This document shows positions 11,961 to 24,554 of a stretch of DNA of 42,636 bases, in pieces; within the stretch, counting starts at the first letter, position 1, and each line of letters starts with the position of its first letter. The stretch is from Basidioascus undulatus (taxonomy: Eukaryota). The notes under the pieces are model-generated. The model ran no database searches, was not told the origin of the DNA, and saw only the letters and a list, made by a program, of their open reading frames with translations. The DNA lies in assembly GCA_000826855.1 (NCBI GenBank), contig JTLS01000027.1:1-42636 (forward strand). The letters run 5' to 3'. A program made the translations under genes and the position numbers.

Positions 11961-14900
11961 GTAAGCAGACATTTCGGGAGTGGGTTGAGAAAGATGGAGA
12001 AGGGTTGAAGAAGGTAAGGGCATGCACGCGAGCAAAGGCATTTCATAGCAACATCTTGCTGCCAAAGTCGCGATTGCCCCAAGCTGTCCCCGCCCATCCC
12101 ATTGGACTCACCGATAAGCCGGTACAGAAGCATGCGACGAGCACGCGCTTCCCAATATTCTCCCAATATTCATCTATGTGCCGCAGGCGACGCTTACATA
12201 CCTCCTGTGCTTGACTGTGCTCAGACAAGTCAACACATCTTGACACATGGCGCGTCAAACCATTTCATTCGTTTTTGGCAGATCAGCTGTCCCCGCACGG
12301 CTTTTATGTTCTCACGATTCTGCTGAGCCCGCTTCGGCTTCCTCACTTTCATTATCCCATTAAGATTATCCAGTTTTACTGATCGTGAAATAACGTAGTG
12401 GAGAATGCTCCCGGGAGTGACAAGGACGTACTCGGAGGAATGGGGGAGGTGGAAAGATGACAGTGGGTTTACGCAAGCTACGCAAGCACTACTATTCATC
12501 AAATTTCCTTTAGCTTACTACCTCCAGTGCCGGGATCCTGCAAGCTTACCAGTGATTGAATTCATGGCCCGCTTTCCACGAGACCGCTTGCTGCCAGGCT
12601 TGTTGCAAGCAGCAACACCGGGATCCAGGCGCTTCCGTCTTTCGCCTCGGTTTGTTTAAGCGGAGACGCCGACTTGTCTTGTTGGAGTACTGCAACCGCA
12701 GGCCAAATTCTGTCAGCGCTTTCTTTCTTGTGCCACTCTGAGTGTCCAATCACCGACGGAGAAAGAAGGATTCAAGGAAATCGGGATAGGGAGCCTTGCA
12801 CACTTCCGGTACTGCACACTGCGTAATAGCACCCGTAAGCTCTGGCTTGCTACCGACGTGTGGACCATACTTAAAACACCTAGGGTACGGAGGCATCTTG
12901 GTACTCTCAGTTTGTAAGATATTTAGGATAGCAGCAATGCTTTCGTCCTCGCCGTGAGCTGTTCCAGTTTTTCGGAACCCCAAGGCTTTCAGCAGCTTTC
13001 AGGACCACCTTACAAATATAATATCATTGCAAATGTGAGTGTATGTAGAGAAATGGGGCTGTACGGGACTTGCAGAGGCTGGAGACCCGGCGATGGCGGG
13101 GTGAAGAGCAAGACTGGGAGGCATTGACCTGCAAAAAGGGCCTGGAGGTCGGCTTACATAGCTCACCCAAAACTGAACGGGTACACTTATAGGGACATGC
13201 AAGAAGCAGCTACCACGCGTTGCGAACGGTCCCTTTTTTCCAGGCGTTCTTGCCTGAAAGCTGAGAGAAATGTGTACAACATCTTGAGTGCGACCGTCTT
13301 GACGATACTGTTCCTACAGCATTGGCTCTCGAGAACGTCACGCACCTTTTCATGAGGAAGTAGAATTTATCTTGGCAAATGTATAGTGCGGAACAGAGGT
13401 ACAAGTTTCAGCTGCCTGCCTGTCAAGTTGATAGCAGAAACCCGTGGCACGAAATTTTGGATATTCAATGCATACCGCCGACTGGACTCGACTCGGACAC
13501 CTTGTCCCAATGAGTGTAAACTCGTTCCAGGCCTTTTTCAGTCTTTGCCTTTGTTGCAGCTCCTCCTCTCCCGGTTGCGGCGTCCGCACACCCATCGCCT
13601 CCGCCTCAATCGCTAGCTCCTCCGTCAACCGCTCCAGCCCGGCCGCTTCACCTTCTGCCTTAATGGCTAGAAGCATAGAAAAACGCCTTAAAGCTAACTG
13701 GGCATTCCGGTATGCGGATGAGAATCCAGTCCAGAAACTGGCAACTTACATGTCTGAAGTATCGCCACAGACGCACTGGTCGATGCCCAGCGGAGCCAAA
13801 ACGGGGTGCTCACCGAGGACAAAGTGAGTGGCCAGCTGGTTCTGTACACCATTCGAGTTTGTCTCGCGGGGTCTTCGAAATATTACACTCGAACTTCGAG
13901 CGCATGCGCCATCTTGATGGCGCTGTCGCTTCCTGGCAACGGCGACGCCCTGCAACGGCTGCGTGAGCAACGTCTTCTATCAAGAGCAGCATTCAAACAC
14001 TGACATTGCCGACCCGTCATCCGGAATCCTCGCGACCCAACCGCCCTCGAGGCCGCCCTCGCAATCGTCCATCGTGCGCAACTCCTTCCAACACCATCCC
14101 CTTCGGCTCGCACTCCTCTGTGTGACCTGACCGCAACCGGCTGTGGAGCGTTGTAGTTTGGATGAGGGCGAGCTCGATCGAACCTAATTGGAGAACACGG
14201 GAGGGACATGGGAGGGAGAGGGCAAGCGGAGGCTGCGGAGGGGCAAATCGATCATTGAGGAAGAGAGGATGAACACGTTCAGCGGCTCACTAACCGCCGA
14301 CTGTGAGATGCTGAGTGCCGACGGTGAGCAGAATGGGCTGTGCAGGACCCTTCGGTCATTACAAGACTATAAGGGAAGAGGGAGCAAACGCACTCCCAAG
14401 GTGTCAGCGACATCTCGGTGGGTGCGTTAGTACGCGAGAGCCGCCGGCCGCGCGCGACGCGGTTCGGAAGACATTCTGCAGCGGCACACCAACCTGCATT
14501 AGGGTAGTTTGGGATAAGTCCGCGAACGAAGCTAATACGTACCTTCAAGCGTTGAATAATTTGGGGAACAGCGGGCAAATGTGATCTTGGCGACGACCTT
14601 GTATTGCACCCTGCCGTGCCTATATCGCTCAAACGGAACGCTGGAATGCGGGACATCGAACGGCACGTCCCATCTGAAAAAAAGTCACATCTGTTGCCAA
14701 ATCCGAACAGAGAAAGTGCATATGGATAGGACGGACCGGTAGATCTGACCGTCTCAAGCACAAGGTCTTTCGCACCGGGGATAGACAGCGACCGGTGGTA
14801 CACCCGTTGATGCTCGAACGCACCGCTCGGGAACTGTAGAATAGAGAAATCAGCATGCTCAAATTTGTTTGGCCAGATTTGGGCAAGATTTACTTACTCA

Positions 14901-17149
14901 CAGAGATTCGTGCCCCACGAGCTTTACCGTCAGGCTCGCGACCTTCCTGGGCACCTCGTTGGCGGGCACCATCAAGTGGACCATCGGGAGCAGTATCGCG
15001 TCATCTGGATCCCATGTTTCTACGCCGTCTGATGTTGGGTGGAGAAAGAGTTTCTTTGCATGCGTCGTGATTGTGAGATTCACGACGAGCAAGAAGGGAG
15101 GCGTTGCCAACGAATGAGTCAAAACAAAGAGCCTTGTTGCTGGCGTTCGCATTTTGGGGCGTCGTGGCCTGGGAGCTACCTACATAACAATATGGAGCAC
15201 CTGTAACTTCCCCGAACCCCACCCTCTATCACGATGTTTTTCTCTCTCCGCTGAGAATGGATTAGGATACACGAAGAAAAACGTCAACCCAGAAGCAATG
15301 CACTTCGCGACGCCGCTCGCGCGGGACTTTAATCTTCGCTGCAAGACTTTGGGAAGATTCCAAACCCCCGACAGTCGCAGTAATTTTCAGGCTCTTCATT
15401 ACCATCTAACTGGAATTATATCACTCAGACGTGCTTTGCACAGCAAGTAATGTTAGTGATTGTACCGGATTTTGATCGGCGACGGCCCAGTGCCCCAGTG
15501 CCCAGCAGGCCGTGGAGGAGAAACGAGGGTGCAACTTTGACCGCAGGCAAAAGGAATATATGTGTGCAGCGTTTTACAAGCCTGTAGCGTTCATAGCATG
15601 GTAGATCATGCTAAGATTCTCAGCACATGCCTTAGTATACCCTGTTAGCTTGCATCGAGGGAACTTGACGGGTGTCAGCCGAATGCTGAGGAAGCGGGAG
15701 AATACAGTCCCTCACGTAGTTGGTCGAATAATAACCCCGGAAGAGCTATAAGGACAGGAAATACTGGAGAAGCGGACCTACTGTAGGCGCTTCCAGGCCA
15801 TCTGCACAGTGACCCGATCCACAGCGACGCAGTGTTCAGGTGCCGTTAAACGCTCGCGATGGCGAGCCTTCTGTGCCTGGATTAAATCTTCGTCTGTGCC
15901 AGGATGAGCCGAACAATTAACACTTTCTAGAACGGCCCACAGTTTCAGCTATTCGATTTAGGAAAACAACCTGGCAGTGCTGGTGACCTTAACGAGACTT
16001 GCTAGGGAGAAGAAACGTCATCACGCTTGATGATCGAGCTCAACCCTCCCTGCTGGTAAGGAAGTGTATGTAAATTTCATTCCTTTCACTTGGAAACGGG
16101 GGAATGCTCCCCAGCGGCCAGCCTTTCGAGGAGGTAGAAGTCGGATTAGAAGGCGTGCAGTGCAGACAGTTGAGCGTTTCAAGAGCAAAAAATCCCACAA
16201 TTATGGGTACGCGGCTCCAGTCCGTGCACGGTGCAGTCTCGGTCGTTGAATGTAGAGCTTCTGGGCGAAGTTGTCGTCAGTAAGCGTCTCCGTGCAGGCG
16301 TGGAGTAACTTGAGGGGAGCGAGGCCATCGCTTGCGCACGGCAGGTTCCGATTCCCTTTGAAATTTGCATGGAATATTGTGTAGCATAAGGAGGAGCGAC
16401 TGCACTATTGTAACATGTGGTAATGTGTCCCTTGATGAGGTAGTTATTTTTTTCTAGTACAAGTTTCGGCTATAGTGCTGGTCACTGATCTACCCAAAGC
16501 TTGAAACACTTTTTCATTGAGCGTAGTGTGTCCATAGTGCCCTTTGTTGTCAGTCTGAACGTCAGTCTGCGTGGTTTCAGGACAATGACAACGAGCGAAG
16601 CGTGAACCGTCAAAGTGTCTAGAGGACATTCTGAAATGAAAGACTGCGGGGTAGAGGGTTGTTCACCTTTTGGTGCGAGGGGGATTGTCAGGACATTCAT
16701 TCAGCTGGGTTCCCGGCCCCACTTGACTTTCTTTGCAAGGAACGCTCACCTCCGAGGCTCCCCGCCAGCACATGTTCAACCAGATTCTCCACCAATTCTT
16801 CTGTCCTTACCTTTCCAACCCAGGCCCTTCTCATGGTAGTCAAACAACAGATCTGCGCGCTCATTGAATCTTTGAAGCTTTGCACTCATTCATTGTGCAG
16901 CTGGGTCCAACCCCATGCCCTCCCGCCAGTACCTCAAGTGCTCAGCGCTCAACTCAGTGCAGGCATTGAGTAACCGTGGATTTAATCCTCCATTGTACCG
17001 CCAGTCTTGCATATTGGTTTGGTTTGTCCGCTTCTCTCTTACCGATCGTCTGTGCAGACCAGCCTTCAAGCTTGAAAACTCGACAAGGCTGCAAGAAAGA
17101 CCGGGGACGGCCATGGACGTGTCCACGGAATCTCAGCGAGGCTTTTCTA

Positions 17150-18170
17150 GCACTTCAAGAGACAAATGAGGTCTTGATAGTCCTTGGCACAAATTCATTG
17201 AGGCACTTCAGGCTGGTTTCGATTTTACACCCAGAGTGCCGTTGTGTTGCAAAGCGGCGACGGGTTGGAGGCAATGCAGTGCCACCGCCTGCAGACATTC
17301 TACAACGATCCAGGTCCATACTATATAGAAGATGTGAGGGGCTTCATAGTCTTCTAAAGTCTTCCGGCGTCTGCGCAGCCACGATGCACCTGTGCTCTGG
17401 AAGCTCGGGCGTGACGATCTATCGCGTAGTGCACGCGGTGACTGCAGCGAGACGACAGCCATCAAGTCTCCATGCATGCCTACATACGCGGGACGTGATT
17501 CTCTCGCGGCACATGTGCCCAGGGTTCACGCTTACCAATGCTTACGCAAGCGTCCCCAACGTGGAGCACAACCCTACGCGTACGGTTCACGGGGATGGTC
17601 TGCTTCGGTCGCTCCAATCCATGGATGGTCACAGGAGCCCATGCAGGTGATCCAACGCGACAGGTGCATCTGAGCAGTGCGAGTGGTGTGAGCCCTGCGT
17701 ACAGAGAGCTGAGAGCACTGAGGAGTAGTGTCCAAGGGGTTCTTGGGGGCCCGCTTTGCAGACAGGAGTTCGGGAAGGCTTGAGCACAGCTTTGGGGACG
17801 TGGCGACATCACAGGCTTTCAGACGCCCAGCGACAACCACTTCGAGCGTCACGGTCCAAAATATGTACTCTTCGAGAAACAACGCTCATGAGGACGACCA
17901 GATAATCGGACGGAGGCTTATCCGGCTCGACCCTGGATCAGGACCACGCAGCAGCCCAAAGCAGCCACGAGCTCGAGCGCTGCAGGCACGACGAAAAAGG
18001 ACCGAAAGCTTGGACAAAGGTGCTTTCAGGGGTATCAGGGAGTTGTACGTCATTTCGCCGACGACAGCAGAACTGTTTGCGTTTGCGTTCTCGGGCAGTC
18101 GACGATTTTTCCAGCTGATGTTGGGACATCGCGACGAGTCTGCACCACTGACTTTCGGCTGTTCCATGAT
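17150..18170 (+). pseudogene. Heavily decayed coding relic, possibly an APH/kinase-like (phosphotransferase) protein
   Basis: Fragments in shifting frames fall in the order expected for fungal APH-like proteins: SETTAIK...AHVPRVHAY-ASVPNVEHNPTRT-FTGMVCFGR...GGPLCRQEF...VDDFS. There are several stops and frameshifts; recognised by eye only. Confidence 0.3.
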
Positions 18171-18417
18171 GGCCACGTATGTCCAGGGGACAAAGAAAAA
18201 AGTGCTCTGCAGGACTTTGTAAGGCGACATCGTACGAGAATTATAGCGAGACAATATTGTGGCCTCATGAACACTATCGGAGGCAAATTCAAAGGTTATG
18301 GGCTCAGGTGTTCGCTGTCTGTCGCCCTTAATTCGCTCCGGCCGCCTTTCGACCGCCTTCTTCTGCGCCTCATCCCCAACGTCGCTCGCCTCTCCAGTCC
18401 ATTCGCCAGCACGAGCG

Positions 18418-21400
18418 ATGGACGCGCCGTTCAGCTCGCACAGCGCAAGCGCCAGCGCATCTGCGTCCACGACTCCCGCCGGCCAGCCTTCGCCGGCCAA
18501 TAAACCGCAGATCGGCCAGCAGCAGCCAAGCAGCTCGCGCCAAACGCCCACGTCCAGCATCCCGCCGGCGGCGGGCCAGGCCCATGTGGGAGTGGCCGCC
18601 GGCAGCACGAATACTCAACCGCCATCGTCGAGCGCGTCCACATCCCAGTCGGCGCATCAGCGCGTACAACCAGAGTCGCAACCTCCAGAATCCCCAGGCA
18701 GCCGTCCCGGGACGCCGAGTGGAGGCATCGACAAGTCGAAGAAGCGCAAGCGCTTGACCAAGGCGCGTCTTTTTCGTCTCCATCGGCTGGCCGGCTCCCT
18801 CTCCCATTTCCTTATCTCTGGACCCTGACGCGTCTGATAACGCGCCTTCTTTTCTTTTGGGATCCTTCTACCGGCTATACCTTACAGGCATGCGACGCCT
18901 GCCATAAAGTAAGTGCGAATCGATCGCGAAGTCACCATCCCTGCTCACCGTCGTGCTCCCCCCTCCCAGAACAAGCGACGATGCGACGGCTTCCTGCCCT
19001 GCTCGAACTGGTCTGTTTCTCTTTCATTTGTTGACGTACAGTGCTTACCGTGGTCCATCGCAACAGCGAGTTCTCCGGCAAGCACTGTAGCTACTCAGAC
19101 GCGAACGGCCAGCGTATACCACCGCCCCGTAGTCGCGACGAGAAGGAGCAGGAGGAGCGCAGAAAGCGGGCTGCGTTGGGCGAGCAGCCAGGGGCAGCGA
19201 ACACAGGGTCACCACCGGGCACAGTCGGCAAATCCGACCTTGACGCCACGCTCAAGCGTGAGCTCCTCATGCGTGCGTCTTCTCCCCTGCTTGTTGAGGT
19301 CGGAGCTTGCTTGACGTCCCCGTGTTACAGTCTTCCTTACGTACATGCACCCCTTCAACCTCGTCTTTCACCGTCCGACGTTCCTCTACAACCTGTCAAT
19401 ACTTTCCTTACATATACCGCATACATGCAGCTGAACCCACGCCCCCCGTACTGAACAGCTATCAAGACCGACTGCCCCCCTTCCTCCTGAACGCCATCTA
19501 CGCCCTCGCCGCCCGCTTCTCCCCACATCCCCGCTTCCGCTCCACTGAGCCTTGGCGCGCCGGAGAAGAGTTCGCCGAGGTCGCGCGGCGCATGATGTTT
19601 GACGACTCGGGCGGGGAGAACATCCTCGACCGCCCGAGCCTCGAAGTCGCGCAGGCCATGTGCTTCCTTGTCGTGCACGAGTGCGGGATGGGCCGCTTTA
19701 AGCGCGCGTGGATCTTCCTCGGTGGGTCCGCCCCAAAGCTGCTAGGTCTGCCGCCCCTTGCAGACGCTGACTGGCATGTTCGGTGTGTGGCGGGGCAGGC
19801 ATCATGATGCGCATCGTCAAAGACCTCGGCATCAACGACGACGACTGGTCGCAGGGCCAGAACAACCAGGACCTCAACCGCGACCTCTGGATCCTCAAGG
19901 AGACGCGTCGGCGGACGTTCTGGCTCGCATTCCTCATGGACCAGCTCGCGGCGGCCGTCACCGGTCGGCCGCGCGTCTTCCGCGAGCAGGACCTCCGCGT
20001 GTACCTCCCCATCGACGACACGAGCTTTGAGCTCGCTGTGGGCACGGTCGTTCCTACCGGTGTGTAGCGTACCTAGTCGCAGGAAGAGGCGACTGTACGC
20101 TAACTCGGCAGTGCCTCAGAATATCTCCCGCTACCAGCCGAGCATGTCCAGCAAGTGCACTCTATATCTGAGTTCGGACATCTCATCCGCGTCGTGAACG
20201 TCTTCTCCAAAGTGAGTCCTTCGCGATCGTCGCCGAAGTCTCGAGGCAGTCACTGAAGTGACTCGTCACAGGTCATGGCCTTCGTTTACGACCAAGGTAC
20301 AACTGGCACTCAGCTGGCTGTGTTCACTTTCCGACTTCAGCTCACTCTCTTTTCCCCCACCAGAAAAAGAGAAGATGATGCGCGCACGGGCGTCCGTGCC
20401 CGGCGCAGCGCAATGGTACGCCCCGCCGTCCGAGACGCTCACGGACTGCGAGCGCGCGCTGAACGCGTGGGCGACGAGCCTGCCGACGCACCTGCGCTTC
20501 AATGACATCAACCTGAGCGTGGCGATGATGAGCCTGCAGGGCGGCGTCGGCGCGGGCGGGTGGTGCTACGCGTTCATGCACTGCCTCGCCGAGTGCAGCA
20601 TGTTCTACTTGCAGGCGGTGAGTGGCATTGCGGAGGCTGGGCATTATCGGATGGGGTGTACTGATGCGGCGTGGGATGGGTGTGGGAATTGGTGGGACCA
20701 GTCGATCGACGTGAGCGACGACTACGAGGCTATGCGCAAGAGCGCGTCGAGGCAGACGCAGGCCATCGAGAACCTCGCTGTCATCCTGTCCTCCCTCGGA
20801 CCCGCCGGACGACGAAGTCCTCTTAGTGCGTCGACGCATGCCTGCTCTAAACTTCGCTCGCACGGCGCTCACCTGTCGCCCTCCCCATCTGCAGTGACCT
20901 ACACCCTTTACGTCGTCAGCAGTCCGTCAATGCTCTCCGCGATCGACATTGAAATCGCCACCCTGACCGCTGACACCCCGTCACAGAATGGCAGATGCAC
21001 ACGCAGGGCGCGACCGAACCCCGCATCACCGCTATGTGGGACGAAGAAGCGTCGCCGCTGTGGAACCTGAACAAGGTGCGCTCGACACCTTGAATTGCTT
21101 TGCCCGAGCAGCCGCTGACTGTCTTTTCTGCGATCGCAGGACATCCTCATGGCCACGGGAAACGGCCCTACCCAACAACAACAGCAGCAAGACCAACCGC
21201 AGCAACCTCCTCCCCGGCCGTCTCCCTCCGCCCAACCTGCCCCCATTCCGCCGCCGCAAGTCGCCCAGCCCCCACCACCCCAGCCGCCCGCGCACACCCC
21301 GCCCCTCCATCACCACTACTACGAGCCCTCTATCGCCGCGCAGTCCGTTCCGCCCTTTCCGGAGTCGGGCGCGCGCTCCTCCGCCGCCGCCGCCGCTGCA

Positions 21401-21646
21401 GCGGCCGCTGCAGCCGGGTACCCGGGCCTGCAGTCGTACCTGCCTCCTGGTGCGCCGACGCAGTACTACAGCGCCGGGGCGCAGCAGCCCATGCCGTCGT
21501 CTGTCGGATACGGCATGCCAGGCGCCGGCACCCCGGGTCCGTCGCAGCCACCGCAGTCGCAGCCGTCGCCGTCGGCGGCGCACAGCTCGCCCGCGCTGCA
21601 ACAGCAGGGCCCCGGCGGCGCCCTCGACAGCGGGTCGTTCTTCTGA
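18418..21646 (+). CDS. Zn(II)2Cys6 transcription factor with a fungal-specific TF domain and Q/P/A-rich C-terminus (~13 introns)
   Basis: KKRKRLTK|ACDACHK|NKRRCDGFLPCSNC|EFSGKHCSY is a binuclear zinc cluster; the middle region has LLNAIYALAARFS, RAWIFLG|IMMRIVKDLGI, ETRRRTFWLAFLMD and SEFGHLIRV. The first intron is GC-AG (18763-18887). Confidence 0.93.
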
Positions 21647-22330
21647 CTTTGACGAGACGTTTACGTATCGGGAATCGCTGGAGGGATCGCAACGGACCGC
21701 ATACGCCTCCCGTATTATCGTAGTGTTATTCTGCCGCATCTGCATTCGCATCATCAATCAATCGCATCTCACCCTGCGCACTCTCTCATGGATTTAGCTG
21801 CCGCATGCCTTTTCTGCTTGTGTTCCGTTCGCGCGGTTATTGTCGCTCTTCTAGATGCTCATCAGCCCATGGTCCACTCCCGTCGCTCGCTCGACCAGCC
21901 GCTTCGCCTAGATTCACGCTGAACGCTGAGAACGCAGCTGCCAGCGCTGGAGGCTGCTGCATTTGCGACAGCTTCCAAGCGAAGCTGAATCTACCGGACA
22001 ATGCTTCATCAGACTGCAGGCGGGGATATCGTATGTTCAGAGGAGTTTCGGTGAGTTGACGTTTGGTTGATATTGTCGAGCGGCAGGACTGGGAGACCAT
22101 CAAAGGCTACGAGACGCCGTTGCAGAGCACGGCCACCTGGATGTTGCTTCTGCAACCCGCATTCCCACAGTTCGACCCTACATATTGCACTGCTTTGGGA
22201 CTCTGGCCTGGAGATACGCAAACATGCTGTCTGCCTCACAGACTGAGTACTACCTTGCCCTCACTTCGCCACGAAGCCAACATCAATTCAACGTCACATG
22301 CATGCGATTGCCCTCCATACTCCTCCACAT

Positions 22331-23327
22331 CTATACCCCATGGCCCCCCGAACCCTTCTTCTCCATCTCCTCTGCCACCTTCACCAATTCCTTCTCCCTC
22401 ACGCTCCGTCGCGCAGCGGTCAGCCTGACGCGTCCCCACCGCTCGCGGCCCTCGCGCGCCTCGCCCAGGCTTCGCGCGGCGTCAAGGTGCCGCGCATCGC
22501 GCACATCGAGGATCGTGCTCGCTAGGATTGGGTGTGGCTTTGCTGAGGAGGGGTCGGAGGGGGAGGCGGAGGCCCATGGGAAGTGCAGCGGGTATTGGAT
22601 CGCGTTGGCGATGAGCGTCTGGCGGGAAGGGCGGTAAGTCGCAAGTCGCAAGTAGATAGAGCACGGTTACAGGACGTACCAAAAGGATGAGTCCAGAAAT
22701 GAACACCCCGTTCGAGGTGTAGTACGGCTCGTGCTTCCCTCCTCCCTGACCGGGATGGTTCTCCGCCGACCAGTAGAACTCGTGATCCCAGCCCTCGGCA
22801 TACCTCCTCCCCGAGTGCGCACCGGCGTTGCTCGCCTGCCCTCTGGTCCCCCAACTCGCCCCTTGGCCCCTCCACCGGTTCTCCAAGTCTCTCATTTCCG
22901 CCTCCCACCTCTCCCTGCTCCCGCCGCTGCTGAAGGACAGGCCCCCCCACCCCTCTCCCGTGCGGAGGTATCGTACCCTACGCGTATCGTCGCGCAGCAG
23001 GTCGTACGCGCGCACGAGCGTCTTGAACCGCTCTGTGCGGTTGAGCGCGCCCACATCAGGCGAGGACACCGAGGGCTGCGTGTCGGGGTGGTGGATGCGG
23101 ATGAGCTGGTAGTATCGCGACTTGATCTCGCGTCCGGTGGCGGTGCGCGGGAGGTGGAAAATGTCGTAGGGCGTGGGGTTTGGTGTAGAGGGATAGGGGA
23201 AGGAGAGCGGGGAGGAGGAAGGGGTGGCGTAGGACCGGCGGGGGAGGAGGCTTCGGCAGGCTGGACAGAGGTGTGGGGCAAGGAGGAAAGGTGAATTTGA
23301 GCGGGAAGAACGTATGTTTGGGCGCAT
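22331..23327 (-). CDS. JID1: Mitochondrial J-domain (DnaJ) protein, Jid1-like; one intron
   Basis: Arg/Ser-rich presequence (MRPNIRSSRS...RRSYA), then FPYPSTPNPTPYDIFHL...IKSRYYQLIRIHHPD (HPD motif)...RFKTLVRAYDLL, a hydrophobic segment NGVFISGLILL|TLIANAIQY, and stop at 22331. Confidence 0.8.
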
Positions 23328-23437
23328 AATGCAGAATAATCTGGCAGAGCGTCTGACTTCCGCTGGATATGAAAAGACAAGATAGCTGGTTGTTGAGAGC
23401 GTCGCGGTGGCCATTCGCGACGCATCCCAATCTAGGG

Positions 23438-23471
23438 GATCGCGTTATCACGATCGCGTTATCTTACGCGT
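23438..23471. promoter_or_regulatory. Tandem CGCG boxes upstream of the J-protein gene
   Basis: Direct repeat GATCGCGTTATC at 23438-23449 and 23452-23463, followed by ACGCGT (MCB-like) at 23466-23471. Confidence 0.45.
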
Positions 23472-23739
23472 GAGCTACACAATGCAAGCGAATGCCAAAT
23501 TATCTGCTCGACAACAAAGACATCAAACTCTGGGACTATTTGCTGAGAACAATTTCTGAAGCAAAGAGTGCTTTCTGTACACGTATTTGACCACTCACTG
23601 CCATTAAAGTGTTCAGGACTCGGTGCCGCTTGCCTTCTGAACATACCCCTGTCAACTTCTCTAACTATGGCGAGCCTTTCCACTTCATACTAATCATACC
23701 TAGATTCTGAGCTGTCGTCCCTTGAAGAGTAGATGAACA

Positions 23740-24345
23740 ACCATCTCTCAGTGGTTTCGCTTACAAAGAGTGTGCAGCTTTCACCTCGCTCCTTGATCTG
23801 TCAGCCAGCTTCGGTCAGACGGAGGGACTGTCTGTTGGTTAGAGTGCTGGTAGGTATTTTTATACTTGAGATTTTTTGCGTCGCTTTGGACCGGGAAGGC
23901 GCCCTAGCCAAGCGGAATATTCCACGTGCGAGGCTGCCGACTTCTTTCGGTAACTGGAAGGCTCGCTCGCTGCTCTCGTATGCTCTTGCTTTGATGGACA
24001 AAGAGTGACCATAAAATCACTAAATTCCGCTGCCCCATGAAGTCAAGGAAACTCACGGGATGACAATCTCATCCAGTGCTACATACGCGAGCGAAGCTCA
24101 AGAAAAATGCATGCTTTGGAAGGTCGCAACCCACGCTTGTCCGGACCGGCTGCACGTGTCACGAAAGCCGTGCATAACCTATAACAAGTTCATAATGCTT
24201 TCAAAAACTCTATTTTACAAATGCCCCCTTTGCGGAGCAGGAGCCGCTGAAGCTGAGCGAGGTGTTCGAGGTGTTCGAGGTGTTCGAGGTGTTCTCTCAG
24301 CTAATCCCGACCTCATTCGACGGTGTGAGTGTGAAGGCATTCTCA
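23740..24345 (-). pseudogene. Possible decayed leucine-rich-repeat (Sds22-like) gene
   Basis: Minus-strand fragments EHLEHLAQLQRLLLRKGGICKIEFLKAL* and QKISSIKIPTSTLTNRQSLRLTEAG*QIKE resemble LxxLxxLxLxxNxIxxIxxL repeats and are interrupted by stops. Confidence 0.25.
24258..24294. repeat. 9-bp tandem repeat (CGAGGTGTT)x4
   Basis: Four perfect copies starting at 24258, 24267, 24276 and 24285. Confidence 0.95.
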
Positions 24346-24554
24346 GTGCACCGATACCTAGAGTTTCTTCTTTAAAATACTCGCAAAGGACCCTCTGGGA
24401 AGCATCTGGCCTGGCTATCAGGCCAGCAGGCAGTGTAAATACTGGGGCTTCAGCTTCGCCAAGCAATAACCGCCACTGATCTCGTGTCTGTTGAAATTAT
24501 GAACATGTGGAAAATATCCAAGGTCCAATTTCACCGTCCTCGCACTTGATTGCT

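Noticed and set aside
16976..17900. LINE reverse-transcriptase-like snippets (RHFRLVSILHPECRCVAK, VTGAHAGDP, RFADR)
   Set aside because: No intact YADD or KAFD motif, endonuclease or poly(A) tail; an APH-like reading fits the motif order at least as well. Not called as a mobile element.
21172..21415. CAA/CAG and GCC runs
   Set aside because: Ordinary poly-Gln and poly-Ala tracts in the transcription factor's C-terminal region.
17886..22950. Long overlapping or antisense ORFs in the track (e.g. 17886-18608 -, 21032-21757 -, 20988-21797 +)
   Set aside because: Stop-poor shadow frames of GC-rich coding sequence with no domain signal; the spliced models explain the region.
24258..24294. Tandem repeat as a CRISPR array or tRNA B-box array
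   Set aside because: The 9-bp units have no spacers and there is no cloverleaf; it is a simple minisatellite in a eukaryote.
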